Shown piece by piece: positions 10,521-20,538 of a stretch of DNA of 64,000 bases. Positions within the stretch are counted from its first letter, which is position 1, and each line of letters opens with the position of its first letter. The stretch is from Chloropicon primus (Eukaryota): contig CP060757.1 of assembly GCA_023205875.1 (NCBI GenBank), forward strand, positions 496,001-560,000, in the 5' to 3' direction. A program made the position numbers and the translations under genes. The notes under the pieces are model-generated. The model had not been told where the DNA came from, ran no database searches, and saw only the letters and a list, made by a program, of their open reading frames with translations.

Positions 10521-11879
10521 ATGGTGGGAGAGAGCGAAATGGGGAGGCCGAGGAGGGGGGCGGCGCGGAGGTCGCGGCTCGGGGGGTCGGCGGGCCTCCC
10601 GAGCGCGGTTCACTACGTGGGCTACGTGGAGGACGATGAGACGCCGGAGATGATCATGAAGAAGTTCGAGGCTCTCGAGAGGGTGAAGCAGGCGGTGTTG
10701 GACAAGAGGTTGGACACCACTGAGAAGGGGGTGGAGTCCCCGGCGGAGGAGGACGAGGGGGACGGGATGCGGCGGCCTGGGGCGACGGAGGAGGGCGCCA
10801 AAGACCCGTCCAGTCCCTCCGGCTTGGACGAGATCGACGCGAGTCGTGGGAAGGGCGACAACGACCTGGACGAGAGCGACTTGCTGGAGGTGTTCAAGCA
10901 GACGAGCCTGTTCAGCGTGAAGAGCGCCCAGACGAGCAACGAGCTCCTGATGGACTACGAGGGGCACGAGGACATGTGGGACGACGACCTCAACGCCTCC
11001 GACTTTGAGCTGGACGAGGACGAGTTCTGGGGGGGCCTGACTTTCAGGAAGAAGCGGAGAGGAACCGGCTCGTCGAGAGGGAGCCGGGGGGGAGTCCCCT
11101 ACTTGAGGAGAACTGTGACTGTGTTGAACAAGGACACAGGGGTCTACGTGCAGAAGAAGGTGAGGGTCGTGGACCACACCCTGCCCCAGCTGATGAGAAT
11201 CCCTCCGCCCCCGGTGCCCCTGTCGTGGTGCAGGAGCGTCAAGCCCTACAGGAAGCGAGTCATGGCGCCGGAACCGGACTGCCGCGTGGTTCGCGAGGGG
11301 TGCATCGCGGAGATGAACTTCAACGCGCTCAGGAGGGAGGAGACCTACGTTGCGGTTCTCATAAACCCGGACTGGGTGGTGGAGGAGAGCGACGACGAGA
11401 CCATGACCGACAGGCTCCACTGCCTGAAGAGGGTTCCGCTGACCAAGCTGTGCCCGACCGGCTTTGTCTTCATCTGGATCGACAAGGGGGACGTGCAAAA
11501 GGTCTGCGAGCTGATGCACAGGCAGAACTACGTTTACGTGGAGAACTTGACCTGGGTCCAGATGCTCCCCAACAACAAGATGATCCACGGCGAGTGCAAG
11601 TACACGAGGAAGTGCCACTCGACCCTGTACATCTTCCGCAGGCACAACGAGGGGAAAGACATCGAGCTGAGGCACCAGAGGAACCCCGACGTGGTGCTGG
11701 ACTGCCTGCGGACCTCGATCGACGGCCACAAGAAAACTCCTGACGAGACCTACAAGGCCATCGAGACCCTCCTTCCGAGCTTTGAGGGCAGGGCGCTCGA
11801 GCTGTGGTCCTCCCCGGACGGTCCCCGGAAGGGCTGGACCCACGTCGTGGAGAACCTGGAAGAGCCTGGTGATTGCTGA
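10521..11879 (+). CDS. MT-A70 family protein with degenerate catalytic motif (NPDW), likely AMT6/7 (MTA9)-like
   Basis: AVLINPDW, GFVFIWIDK, YVENLTWV, ELRHQRNPDVV, PDETYKAIETLLP, LELWS, RKGW. Confidence 0.75.
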   Translation: MVGESEMGRPRRGAARRSRLGGSAGLPSAVHYVGYVEDDETPEMIMKKFEALERVKQAVLDKRLDTTEKGVESPAEEDEGDGMRRPGATEEGAKDPSSPSGLDEIDASRGKGDNDLDESDLLEVFKQTSLFSVKSAQTSNELLMDYEGHEDMWDDDLNASDFELDEDEFWGGLTFRKKRRGTGSSRGSRGGVPYLRRTVTVLNKDTGVYVQKKVRVVDHTLPQLMRIPPPPVPLSWCRSVKPYRKRVMAPEPDCRVVREGCIAEMNFNALRREETYVAVLINPDWVVEESDDETMTDRLHCLKRVPLTKLCPTGFVFIWIDKGDVQKVCELMHRQNYVYVENLTWVQMLPNNKMIHGECKYTRKCHSTLYIFRRHNEGKDIELRHQRNPDVVLDCLRTSIDGHKKTPDETYKAIETLLPSFEGRALELWSSPDGPRKGWTHVVENLEEPGDC

Positions 11880-12255
11880 GGAGGCCCCCTGAAGCAGGAG
11901 CTGGCTGAGGAGGAGGCCACACGACAACGATCCGTCCGTTGCGATTCCAAAAGAAAGGAAGAAAGAAAGAAACTCTATGAAGCAGTATCAGTATTAAACA
12001 TTCGTTTTGACTTGCGGGTCGGCCATGACCCGCCTCGCCCATCCCTCCTCATTCCAAAATCAAAATTTTCTTCGTCCTTCCTCTCCATCCAAATCAAAAT
12101 TTTCGGAGGTTACGATAAGGCGCTCCGGCCGGCGAGAGCCCCGAGGATGAGGGGAGGGAGAGAGACAGAGTAACGGCTGCGGGAGAGACCGACCGCGCCG
12201 CTTTCGTGCGTCGTGAAGAGGAGGAGGCGGGTGCTCCTGGGGAGTTGCGCACAAG

Positions 12256-13247
12256 ATGGCGACCACGTCGAGCAACCTCATCGCGAGGAAGAAGAGCACC
12301 GACGCCAAGGGGTTTCAAAACTCGTCGTCGTCGAGGGTGTTGGGCCGGAGGAGGAGCGTCGGGAGCGGGGTGGCCGATGCATCGAGGAAGAGGATCGGGA
12401 GGACGGTCTCGCGGAACAGGTCTTCGACGGGGAAGGACCTCGCGAGGGCCGCGGCGGTTGCGGACTTGGGCGCCCTGGAGAGGGAGGTGTTCTCCTTCGA
12501 GCGCCTCGGCTTGCGGGACGAGCAAGCCGCGCCCGCCCCCCCAAACGAGTTGCCGATCATAAGCATAGGGGATTCCGTCGTTTGCCTTGCGCGCGACGAG
12601 CGCCTCATCGGGGAAATGAAGCGGCAAAAGACCCTGAAACGGATTCAGCTGGCCGAGGCGTTCTCCAAGGACCACTACAAGTACTCCCTCTTTGCGGGCG
12701 AGGATCCCGTCGACGAGGGGGTCCCGCAGCACCTCGAGCTGACGCCGACCGATCACGTCCAGATCGCGAGGGCGAGCATCCAGCAGAGCAAGCTGGGCAT
12801 CGTCGGGGACTCCGCCTTGAGCGACGGGAGCGTTGGCGCCTTCTCCGAGGGGGGGCCGAACGAATCGGGCTCAAAGCTCGACAAGGTGAGTGAGCACTCG
12901 CCGCGATAGATCATCGGGGTGTCGTTTCCCCTTGTGACTGACCCACTCCTCGTCTCTTGCCTCGTCCGCCTTCCTCTCTGCCTCACTCTCTCTCTTTCTG
13001 TCTCCCTCCGCAGCAAAAGTCCAGGCGTTACGATTCGGAGGACAGCACGATCCTGGTGTACGGCGACAGGTCTCCGATCGTGATCCCCAAGCTCGACTTC
13101 AGCGTCCTGCCAAACTTCAGAAAGCCTCGCATGTACAACCAGAAGGTCGCCAAGGGGCACCTAAAGAAGTACCACGGCGGTGGCAAGAACAAGGCCGGGG
13201 GCAACAAGGGCGTCATCGGCTTCCTTAACCTTAAGTTTTGGCATTGA
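12256..13247 (+). CDS. Hypothetical basic protein, 2 exons (intron 12886-13013)
   Basis: The GTGAGT...CTGAC...CCGCAG intron joins ORFs 12256.. and 12957.. in frame; host codon bias. Confidence 0.65.
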
Positions 13248-13552
13248 TACATCACTCCCCCATCCTTCCTCCTGGCCAGGGCCACACCCACGAGTGCCCC
13301 ACGGATGCACCGAACCCTTAAGCCTGTCTCTCGACGTTCCTCGAAACGTGGCATGAAGCTTGCTCCCCTTCCCCTTGACAGCTGGCCATGATCATCTTCT
13401 CTTCATTTTTTTTTTTTCGCGGGCTCTCTCTCGATTCGAGGAAGAGCAAAAGCGAGGAGAGGAGCGGAGCGGAGCGAGGGAGGAGCGCGAGGCTTGTTCC
13501 TCGGTCGAGGACGTGGGAGTTACCGAGAACGTGGAGGAAGGGCGCTGCGGTG

Positions 13553-14830
13553 ATGAGCGGGGACGCGGGGGTTGTCGCGCCGGATGGCGAAGGGGGGGAC
13601 GCTGTTGTGGGCGAGGCGATCCGTGAGGTTGTGGAGAGGGAAACGGGAAGGGATGAGGAACAGAGGGAAAGGATCGAGCAGAGGTACTTGGCGTTGAATC
13701 AGCTCCAAGGGACGCCGGATCCCTTCGCGACGGCGCTTTGGAGGTTTTGGGTCTCTCAGCACGGCCCGGGGTGGCAGGACCACAAGGTCCTCAAGTGCCC
13801 GCTGTCGATCGCGAAGAAGCCCCTGGACCTCGAGCTCCTGTGGTGCGAGGTGAACAAGAGGGGTGGATGGGAGAAGGTGAACGCCACCAAGATGTGGTCC
13901 AAGATCGGAAAGCTCTTCAACCCTCCGCCGACGTGCACGAACCTGTCGTTCATCACGAAGAAGTGCTACACGGAGGTGCTCCTTCCTCTCGAGATTGTGA
14001 CGCGACACGAGCAGGTGGCTGTGCCAGGGATAACGTTGCCTGCCACGGAGGCCGCTCTGCTTCCTGAGCCTCGGACGTACGGGTCGTACAAGAGGCACAA
14101 GTCCACTGGTGCCGTGTACGGGGCGGTGCCCAAGGGGGCGAGGGATTACGGCGAGGAGATCGTGGGCCGTCAGGTCAAGGTCTTTTTCAAGAACCTCCAC
14201 AAGTCGTTTGCCGGCGAGGTTGTCAAGTACGACGAGGAGAAGAGCCTCCATCTGATCAGATACGCCGACGGGGAGGAGAAGTGGACAGACTTCAAGAAGG
14301 AGAGGAAGTGGTCCTTTGTGTCTGAAAGGCTGACGAGGCACGCCTTGACGGCGGAGAGAGAGGGGCCGGCCGCGGCGGAGGCCGCGGCAGCGGCGCAAGC
14401 CACGGCTCAAGCAGCGCTGAAGGACGCGGACCTTCTGGGGAGTCCTTACGGAGAGGCTGTGAGGGTAGAAAAGACAACGCACCAGGTGCCGCTCGTCGAC
14501 GAGTCTCACAACCACACGGGCGTCACGATCAAAGTCACAAACAGGAGCCAGCCGCAGATGTGTGGGATCACGCAAGTGGAGCAGGCCGAGGACGGTTTCG
14601 AGATCTACGCCCTGCTGCCGGGCCTCACCCTGGACGACGTGAGCGTCTCGTGCAGCTCGGACGGCAAAGTTGTCATCGAGGGGAACCCCAAGGACTCGTA
14701 CACAAGTGATGAGGTTGGACTCCAACCCGTGCACCAGACCTTGCAGCTTCCGACGAAGCTGCAAGTCGACAAGACCGTGGCCATCTTGACGCTCCACGGC
14801 CTTCTCTACGTCAAGGTCCACACATTGTAA
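13553..14830 (+). CDS. ARID + Tudor-like + alpha-crystallin/HSP20-like domain protein
   Basis: KPLDL..LW.EV.KRGGW.KV...KMW..I (ARID); IVGRQVKVF...F.G.V..YD....H.I.Y.DGEE (Tudor); FEIYALLPGL...V.V....G...I.G...TLHGLLYVKV (ACD). Confidence 0.85.
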   Translation: MSGDAGVVAPDGEGGDAVVGEAIREVVERETGRDEEQRERIEQRYLALNQLQGTPDPFATALWRFWVSQHGPGWQDHKVLKCPLSIAKKPLDLELLWCEVNKRGGWEKVNATKMWSKIGKLFNPPPTCTNLSFITKKCYTEVLLPLEIVTRHEQVAVPGITLPATEAALLPEPRTYGSYKRHKSTGAVYGAVPKGARDYGEEIVGRQVKVFFKNLHKSFAGEVVKYDEEKSLHLIRYADGEEKWTDFKKERKWSFVSERLTRHALTAEREGPAAAEAAAAAQATAQAALKDADLLGSPYGEAVRVEKTTHQVPLVDESHNHTGVTIKVTNRSQPQMCGITQVEQAEDGFEIYALLPGLTLDDVSVSCSSDGKVVIEGNPKDSYTSDEVGLQPVHQTLQLPTKLQVDKTVAILTLHGLLYVKVHTL

Positions 14831-14983
14831 CAAGTCTGTCATGTAACTGAACTTTTGCTTTCCATTCATTCTGACTTCCTCCTCCTCGCACCCCTCCCAC
14901 CCCATCGCCCGTCCTTGGCAGAGAGCCAGAGAGACCGAGGAGAGGGAGAGAGAGAGAGCGGCACACACGCACGAAGGTTTGCA

Positions 14984-15805
14984 ATGACGGACAAGGGATA
15001 CACGTACAAGGATGAGGGCTCCGAGTTGACGATCGTGATGCCCATCGGATCGACGATCAAGGGCAAGGATATCGACTACCAGCTGAAGACCAAGACGTTG
15101 AGGCTTGGGGTGAAGGGGTCCGAGCCGACGATCGACGAGGCGCTGTGGGGCTCGTCCAAGCCTGACGACTCGTACTGGCAGATCGACACGGTCGACGGGA
15201 AGAGGTCGGTCGTCGTCACGATTGAGAAGGCGCAGGGCATGCCGTGGGAGTACCTCTTGAAGAGCGAGGACTTGCCACCAGACACGACGATCACGCAAAA
15301 GTGCTATTTCGATGTGAAAATAGGCGACGAGGACGCTGAGAGGGTCGTGTTCGGGCTTTACGGGAACACCGTTCCCAAGACTGCCAAGAACTTCGCTTGC
15401 CTGTGCTCGGGGTCAGAGGGGACAGGCAAGAGCGGCAAACCCCTCCACTACAAGGACAGTGTTTTCCACCGAATCATTCCTGGGTTCATGTGCCAGGGAG
15501 GAGACTTCACCAACGGGAACGGGACTGGCGGCGAGTCCATCTACGGCGAGAAGTTCGAGGACGAGAACTTCAAGATCAAGCACACCAAGGTGGGACTCTT
15601 GTCCATGGCGAACGCCGGACCAAACACGAACGGCTCTCAGTTCTTCATCACGACGTCGGAGACCCCTCACTTGGATGGAAAGCACTGCGTCTTCGGCGAG
15701 GTTATGGACGATACCTACAAGGTCGTGAAGAAGATGGAAGCTGTGGGCTCGGGCGGCGGCGAGACGAGCAAGCCGGTCACGATCACGGACTGCGGATTGC
15801 TGTGA
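14984..15805 (+). CDS. CS (p23/NudC) domain + cyclophilin peptidyl-prolyl isomerase
   Basis: N-terminal CS-like segment ([15 protein letters not shown]...VVTIEK...WEYL); [43 protein letters not shown]. Confidence 0.92.
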   Translation: MTDKGYTYKDEGSELTIVMPIGSTIKGKDIDYQLKTKTLRLGVKGSEPTIDEALWGSSKPDDSYWQIDTVDGKRSVVVTIEKAQGMPWEYLLKSEDLPPDTTITQKCYFDVKIGDEDAERVVFGLYGNTVPKTAKNFACLCSGSEGTGKSGKPLHYKDSVFHRIIPGFMCQGGDFTNGNGTGGESIYGEKFEDENFKIKHTKVGLLSMANAGPNTNGSQFFITTSETPHLDGKHCVFGEVMDDTYKVVKKMEAVGSGGGETSKPVTITDCGLL

Positions 15806-15870
15806 AGAGGGATAACAAGATTCGACAACAATAATAATGAACAACGTAGAGGAGTTACTAGCTACTAACG

Positions 15871-16908
15871 CTAAGGTGATAGAGAGTCTTTGATGCCTTG
15901 CCCGGAGATTCCATCGTAGTGCAAGGGGAAGGTGTAACCCACGAAAATCTCTTTCGTGCCCTCTGCATTGGTGCTGGCGTCCATGTCCTTTGGCCAGTAT
16001 TGAAGAAACCAGTTGCTCGACTCGCTCGTGATCACGTTGATGACGCACTCGAAGGCGTTTGCCGCGCCGCAGAGCGTCATTTCGTCCCCCCACGTCTTGT
16101 CGAGCCTCATGTTGTAGATGTACCTCTTGAAATCCTTCCGGCCCCCAAAGAAGTCCTGGTACCCTTCCTCCTGCTCCTCCAAGTAGGACACCGAGCGCTC
16201 CCTCACCATTTCGTACAAGTCTTCCGTTCCAAAGAGTTGGAAGCTTATTGCCCTGAACTGGCAGTTCCCGTCACCTTGCGTCGACCTCAGCTGCAAGTTC
16301 AGCCTCTCCAACCGCCGGCTGAGCCTCGCCTTCGCATTCTCCAGGTAGCCTCTCGCTCCGACGGGCGTGTTGCACCTTTTCAACTCCTTGTCGATTCCAT
16401 TCTGCAGCTTCTTCCTGTTCGGCGTCCAGGATTTCCTGCTGGTTGCTGGCTCCTCAGGCTTGCCGCCCGAAAGGGCCTGCCTCACGCTCTCCAACTCGGT
16501 TACGTTCTTACTGGAAAGAAAGTCAAAGTTGATGAAGAGCTCTTCGGTTGGAGTGTGCAGAGGCAACGGGCTCCTCGGCGTCTTTGCGCCCCGCAGAATG
16601 TCCACAGAGGTTTTCTCAATGCCTTCGGGCTCGCTGCTGTCGCTCTCAGCGGCCTCCAACTCCCTCAAGTAAGACTGCGTGACTCTCCTCGGCGTTGGCG
16701 TCAGGTTCGACCGTATCGAGGGCTCCTCCTTGAGAGCCACTCGCTTTCTCAGCGAGCTTCCGATGAAGCTCTCAAAGTTCTCCTGGAGGTTCTCTATCAT
16801 CGATGCGGTCTTCCTGTGGTGCCCAGAGCCCGAAGCACCACCGTCAACAGAACCTCCCCCTTCCTCCCCCCGCCGCACTTTCCCCACGAAGCACCCCAAG
16901 CACAGCAT
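15871..16908 (-). CDS. OTU-domain deubiquitinase (plant OTU9/11/12-like)
   Basis: GDGNCQFRAIS.QLFG, WGDEMTL, LHYD catalytic motifs. Start codon uncertain. Confidence 0.88.
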   Translation of the reverse strand: MLCLGCFVGKVRRGEEGGGSVDGGASGSGHHRKTASMIENLQENFESFIGSSLRKRVALKEEPSIRSNLTPTPRRVTQSYLRELEAAESDSSEPEGIEKTSVDILRGAKTPRSPLPLHTPTEELFINFDFLSSKNVTELESVRQALSGGKPEEPATSRKSWTPNRKKLQNGIDKELKRCNTPVGARGYLENAKARLSRRLERLNLQLRSTQGDGNCQFRAISFQLFGTEDLYEMVRERSVSYLEEQEEGYQDFFGGRKDFKRYIYNMRLDKTWGDEMTLCGAANAFECVINVITSESSNWFLQYWPKDMDASTNAEGTKEIFVGYTFPLHYDGISGQGIKDSLSP

Positions 16909-17365
16909 CAATCCCGTCCAAAACCACAAAAACTCTCCTTCCTTTCCCTTCCCGTCTTCGGCACAAGACTCCGGATTGTCGTGCTGGCCTTCGAGCGCCC
17001 TCTACGGAACCACTCGCCCCCTCCGCACTTTCGCCACCACTCTCACTGTCACTGTCGCCCCCAACGCCCCGAGCGTTACGTTACGCTCCAACCTCCTCCT
17101 GGGGATTGTCGCCTTCTCTCTCTCCTTCTATTCCTTTTGCTCGCGGGGCGGGAGTTGCCGCTGGCTTTGGCTTTGGCACCGCGCAGTGCGAGGCGAGGGA
17201 CCGGGACGCGCGAGGTGGAGGCGTGTCGTTACGAAACGACTTCAGAACAGCTTTCGATTCCGTCGGGTCGCCGTCGTAAATCAAGTACTTTAAGCTTTGG
17301 AGGTGTCAACGTCATCGTCATCGTCAACGTCAACGTCAACGTCGTCGTCATCGTTCGGGCTGTCC

Positions 17366-17911
17366 ATGGTGTTGCGTGGTGTTGTGGTGCGAGGGAAGGG
17401 GCGGTGGTTGGGCCAGCAGGGGTGCGGGGGTGCGGGGTGTGGTCGAGGGGGCCCTGCGAGAGGAGAGAAGAGGCGGGGCACCCTTGCCTGCGTGAGAGCG
17501 GGTGGAGGGCCTGATTCGACGACGACGTCGACGAAGGACGCGACGACGGGCTTCGGGGTTGTGCTCGTGGACCACGGGTCGAAGAAGGAGGAGTCGAATG
17601 CCATGCTGGAGGAGTTTGCGGAGCTGTACAGGGAGACGAGCGGTCGCGCCCTCGTGGAAGTGGCCCACATGGAGATAGCGGAGCCCTCCATCCCCACGGC
17701 TCTGGAGAAGTGCGTGGAGAAGGGGGCCAAGGAAATCGTAGTCGCGCCGTACTTTCTGTCCCCCGGGAGGCACATCCAGAAAGACATCCCTAGGATCGTC
17801 GAGGAGGCTGCCAAGAACTTTCCTGGCGTCAGCATTGAGATCGCGAAGCCGATCGGGCTCCACCCGCTGGTGGCGCAGGTCATCGAGCAGAGGGTCAAGG
17901 AGACAGAGTAA
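17366..17911 (+). CDS. SIRB: Sirohydrochlorin ferrochelatase (SirB/CbiX family), plastid-targeted
   Basis: VLVDHGS, AHMEIAEPSI, PYFLSPGRHIQKDIP, PIGLHP; transit-peptide-like N-terminus. Confidence 0.92.
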   Translation: MVLRGVVVRGKGRWLGQQGCGGAGCGRGGPARGEKRRGTLACVRAGGGPDSTTTSTKDATTGFGVVLVDHGSKKEESNAMLEEFAELYRETSGRALVEVAHMEIAEPSIPTALEKCVEKGAKEIVVAPYFLSPGRHIQKDIPRIVEEAAKNFPGVSIEIAKPIGLHPLVAQVIEQRVKETE

Positions 17912-18049
17912 CGGGCGAGCAAAAGCGAGTTGGGTGGGGGCCTTGGGTAAATATTTATGTATGTACAACACGAGCTAGAATTAGGCCGGGGACAAAGAAT
18001 TGCCCAACGACCCACTTTTCCGGGTCAACCGGGCTAGACCTCAGATCTT

Positions 18050-19525
18050 TCAGATCTTTACCGAGTTCACCAGGAGCTCTGGATTCTCCTCGTATCCCAC
18101 CATGAGTTTGGCTTGCTCCAGGAGGTCGGCGTTCATGCGCTTCTCTGGCTCGGAGATCAGGACGTCGTCCACAATCATGCGCTGCTCCGCCTCCTTCATC
18201 TGCTTGGAGAGGAAGTGCCTGTTGTGCACGTTGTCCTCCCTTCTCCTCTGCTGCCTCCTAATCTCCTCCTGGTTCTCGTGCTCGTCCTTGAGCCTCACGG
18301 ACTCGAAGTACTTTTCGATTTCTCGCCTCTCCGCCAGCATGGCGGCTTCCTGCTCCCTCATTTGCCTCTCCCTGGTGCTCTTCACCTCCTCGATCATCTC
18401 CTCCCTTCGCTTCTTGTCGAACCTCTCGGCCTCGTCAAGCTCTCTCTCGTGCTGCTCTCTGATCTTCTGCAGCATGGCGTTCTCGGCGTCCTCCCTGGCT
18501 TTATTCATTTTCGTCACCTGCTCCCCAACAACCTCGGCCCTTCCTTGGGACTTCTCGTACATGGCCTGAAGGGCTGCCTCCCTGGCTCTGTCCTGGTCCT
18601 CAAGCATCTTCACGTAAGCCAACCGCATCTTCTCGTCCTCCTCCTTCTGCAAGATCTCCGCCTGGCTCTTGGCCTTCGCCCTCGACTCGTTGTCGGCGAT
18701 GAACGCCATCATCTCCTTCCTGAAGGTGACCTTCTTGTTGTGAGCGTTCATCTTGTCCTCCTCGAGCTTGGCCTTGACCTCCGCAATCTCCTTGGCCTCC
18801 TCGGCTCTTCTCCGCTCCTCTTCTTCCTTCTTGCGGGACCTGTGGGCCTGGACCTGGGCCTCCCGCTCCAGCTTGATCTGAGACAAGTAAAGGCGCTTCT
18901 TCTCCGCGCCCGCTGCTTCCTCGTGCTTGAACTTCTGCACCTCTTTCGCAACGCTCTCGGCCTCCACCTTCCTCGCCCGAGAGAGCTCCTCGTTGTAAGC
19001 ATCCTTCTCCTCCATTTGCACGTCGAGGTACTTCCTCTGCTCCTTGACGGACTTGAGCTTAGCGAGCTTCTCGGCCTTCACTTGGAGGGAGTACATGTCC
19101 TGTTCGAACTGGGCAATCTTGGCCCAGGCGCTCTTCTCCTTGGCGTTCTTCATCGCCACCGCCGTCTTCGAGGGCCTCTTCCCCTGGAACGCGCTCTGGT
19201 ATCCGTCAGGCGCATCGAAGAGGAGGGACTTGACCGTCTCCATCTTCTTGTTCCTCTTCTTGTTCTCTGCAGAGGCCACGACCCTCTTCATGCTCGTTGG
19301 AGTGCCCGCCTTCCTGGTGGACGGCTTCGTCTTGGTCGCCTTCAAGTCATCCGTGGAGCCTATCGTGCGGTTGCTCGTGCTCAGGAGAAGCTTCCTGTAT
19401 TGAGCAGGAGTGTGCTTCACCAGCATCTTGTTCTCCAGTCGGTCTTTCTCCTTCTCCTTCTCGAGAATGAGCTCCAAGCGCTCGCGCTTGCTCAGCTTTC
19501 CCGTGCTCCCAGCCTCTGAAACCAT
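18050..19525 (-). CDS. E/K/R-rich coiled-coil protein (trichohyalin-plectin homology type, probable axonemal protein)
   Basis: Long charged coiled coil ending in ISEPEKRMNADLL. Confidence 0.7.
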   Translation of the reverse strand: MVSEAGSTGKLSKRERLELILEKEKEKDRLENKMLVKHTPAQYRKLLLSTSNRTIGSTDDLKATKTKPSTRKAGTPTSMKRVVASAENKKRNKKMETVKSLLFDAPDGYQSAFQGKRPSKTAVAMKNAKEKSAWAKIAQFEQDMYSLQVKAEKLAKLKSVKEQRKYLDVQMEEKDAYNEELSRARKVEAESVAKEVQKFKHEEAAGAEKKRLYLSQIKLEREAQVQAHRSRKKEEEERRRAEEAKEIAEVKAKLEEDKMNAHNKKVTFRKEMMAFIADNESRAKAKSQAEILQKEEDEKMRLAYVKMLEDQDRAREAALQAMYEKSQGRAEVVGEQVTKMNKAREDAENAMLQKIREQHERELDEAERFDKKRREEMIEEVKSTRERQMREQEAAMLAERREIEKYFESVRLKDEHENQEEIRRQQRRREDNVHNRHFLSKQMKEAEQRMIVDDVLISEPEKRMNADLLEQAKLMVGYEENPELLVNSVKI

Positions 19526-20162
19526 CTCGAACCACCCAGATCCTCAACGGCAATTCAATTCCTTTCCCTAAGGCCGAACCTCAGCGTCTCTTCCAGGCCA
19601 ATTCCCCAAACCAAAAGCAACCTCGACAGCCTCTCCTCTCGACAGTTCAAGGCAAGGTCACACCACAAAACAACCACAAAGCCTTGTTGGGGGGTCTAAG
19701 CTCCTTCCACACGCAACAAAGAGCAAAGAGCCTCTCCTGTCCCAAGAAAGACAACCACTTCCAATGCAAGACAACACTTCCAAAGGCCCCAAGGTCCCAC
19801 CTTTCCGTCCAGAACCTCGCTCAAATCCTCTCTCTCTCTCCCTCTCTCTCTCTCTCTCTCGTTCCTCCGAATTTCTCCAATCCGTTGACCCCCTACTTTA
19901 CCCCCCAATGTGATCTGTACACCCAAAAAAGATGAATAAAATCCATTCGTTGAAAAGTCGGTGAATTTCCTTTTTTTTTCTTCTTCGCTCGAGTAGATTT
20001 CCCACCTTGAGCCTTTGCATCTCTTGAACTTTGCTTCTTTTTTTGACAAGCTCTCATCTCCTCATCTTGGACTGGAGAGACCAGCAGGGGGCCAAGGCCT
20101 GGACGAAAACGAAAACGAAACGAAACGAAAACGAACGCTGGGCTGGGGAAGGAGGCGGAGGG

Positions 20163-20265
20163 AACTCAACTCAACTCAACTCAACTCAACTCAACTCAAC
20201 TCAAGTCGGTGTTGTTTGTTGCCTCGCTTCTTCTTCTTCTTCTTCTTCTTCTTCTTCTTCTTCTT
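20163..20265. repeat. Microsatellite cluster: (AACTC)n and (TTC)n
   Basis: Read directly from the sequence. Confidence 0.9.
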
Positions 20266-20538
20266 CGGCAGCAGGAAGGAGGAAGGAGGTGCTGGGAGGA
20301 ACACCCTGAAGAGGGACCGTGGACGGCGAAGGGGAACGAAAACAGTTTTCTCTCAAAGGCGACCGCCTTGGAGGAAATTCTGGTAGAGGAAGCCGGTGGA
20401 AGGTCGACTGAAAGGTGCTGGGGTCCCGCAAGGTGGCTTTCTGGGGTCCAAGGCGGTCACATTTGGTGAAGAACGACGGAACATTCTCGTTTTGTTGGCC
20501 TCGAGTCGGTCCATGGATAGTACGACATTTGGTGAGAC

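Noticed and set aside
9888..11927. Long antisense ORFs (also 13520-15298, 15898-17514, 18113-19519, 57400-58845)
   Set aside because: They are reverse complements of real genes with GC-biased third positions and show no protein motifs.
14826..14984. Spliced ARID-cyclophilin fusion
   Set aside because: The candidate GT (14827) to AG (14921) splice is out of frame, and two TGTAA signals follow ARID.
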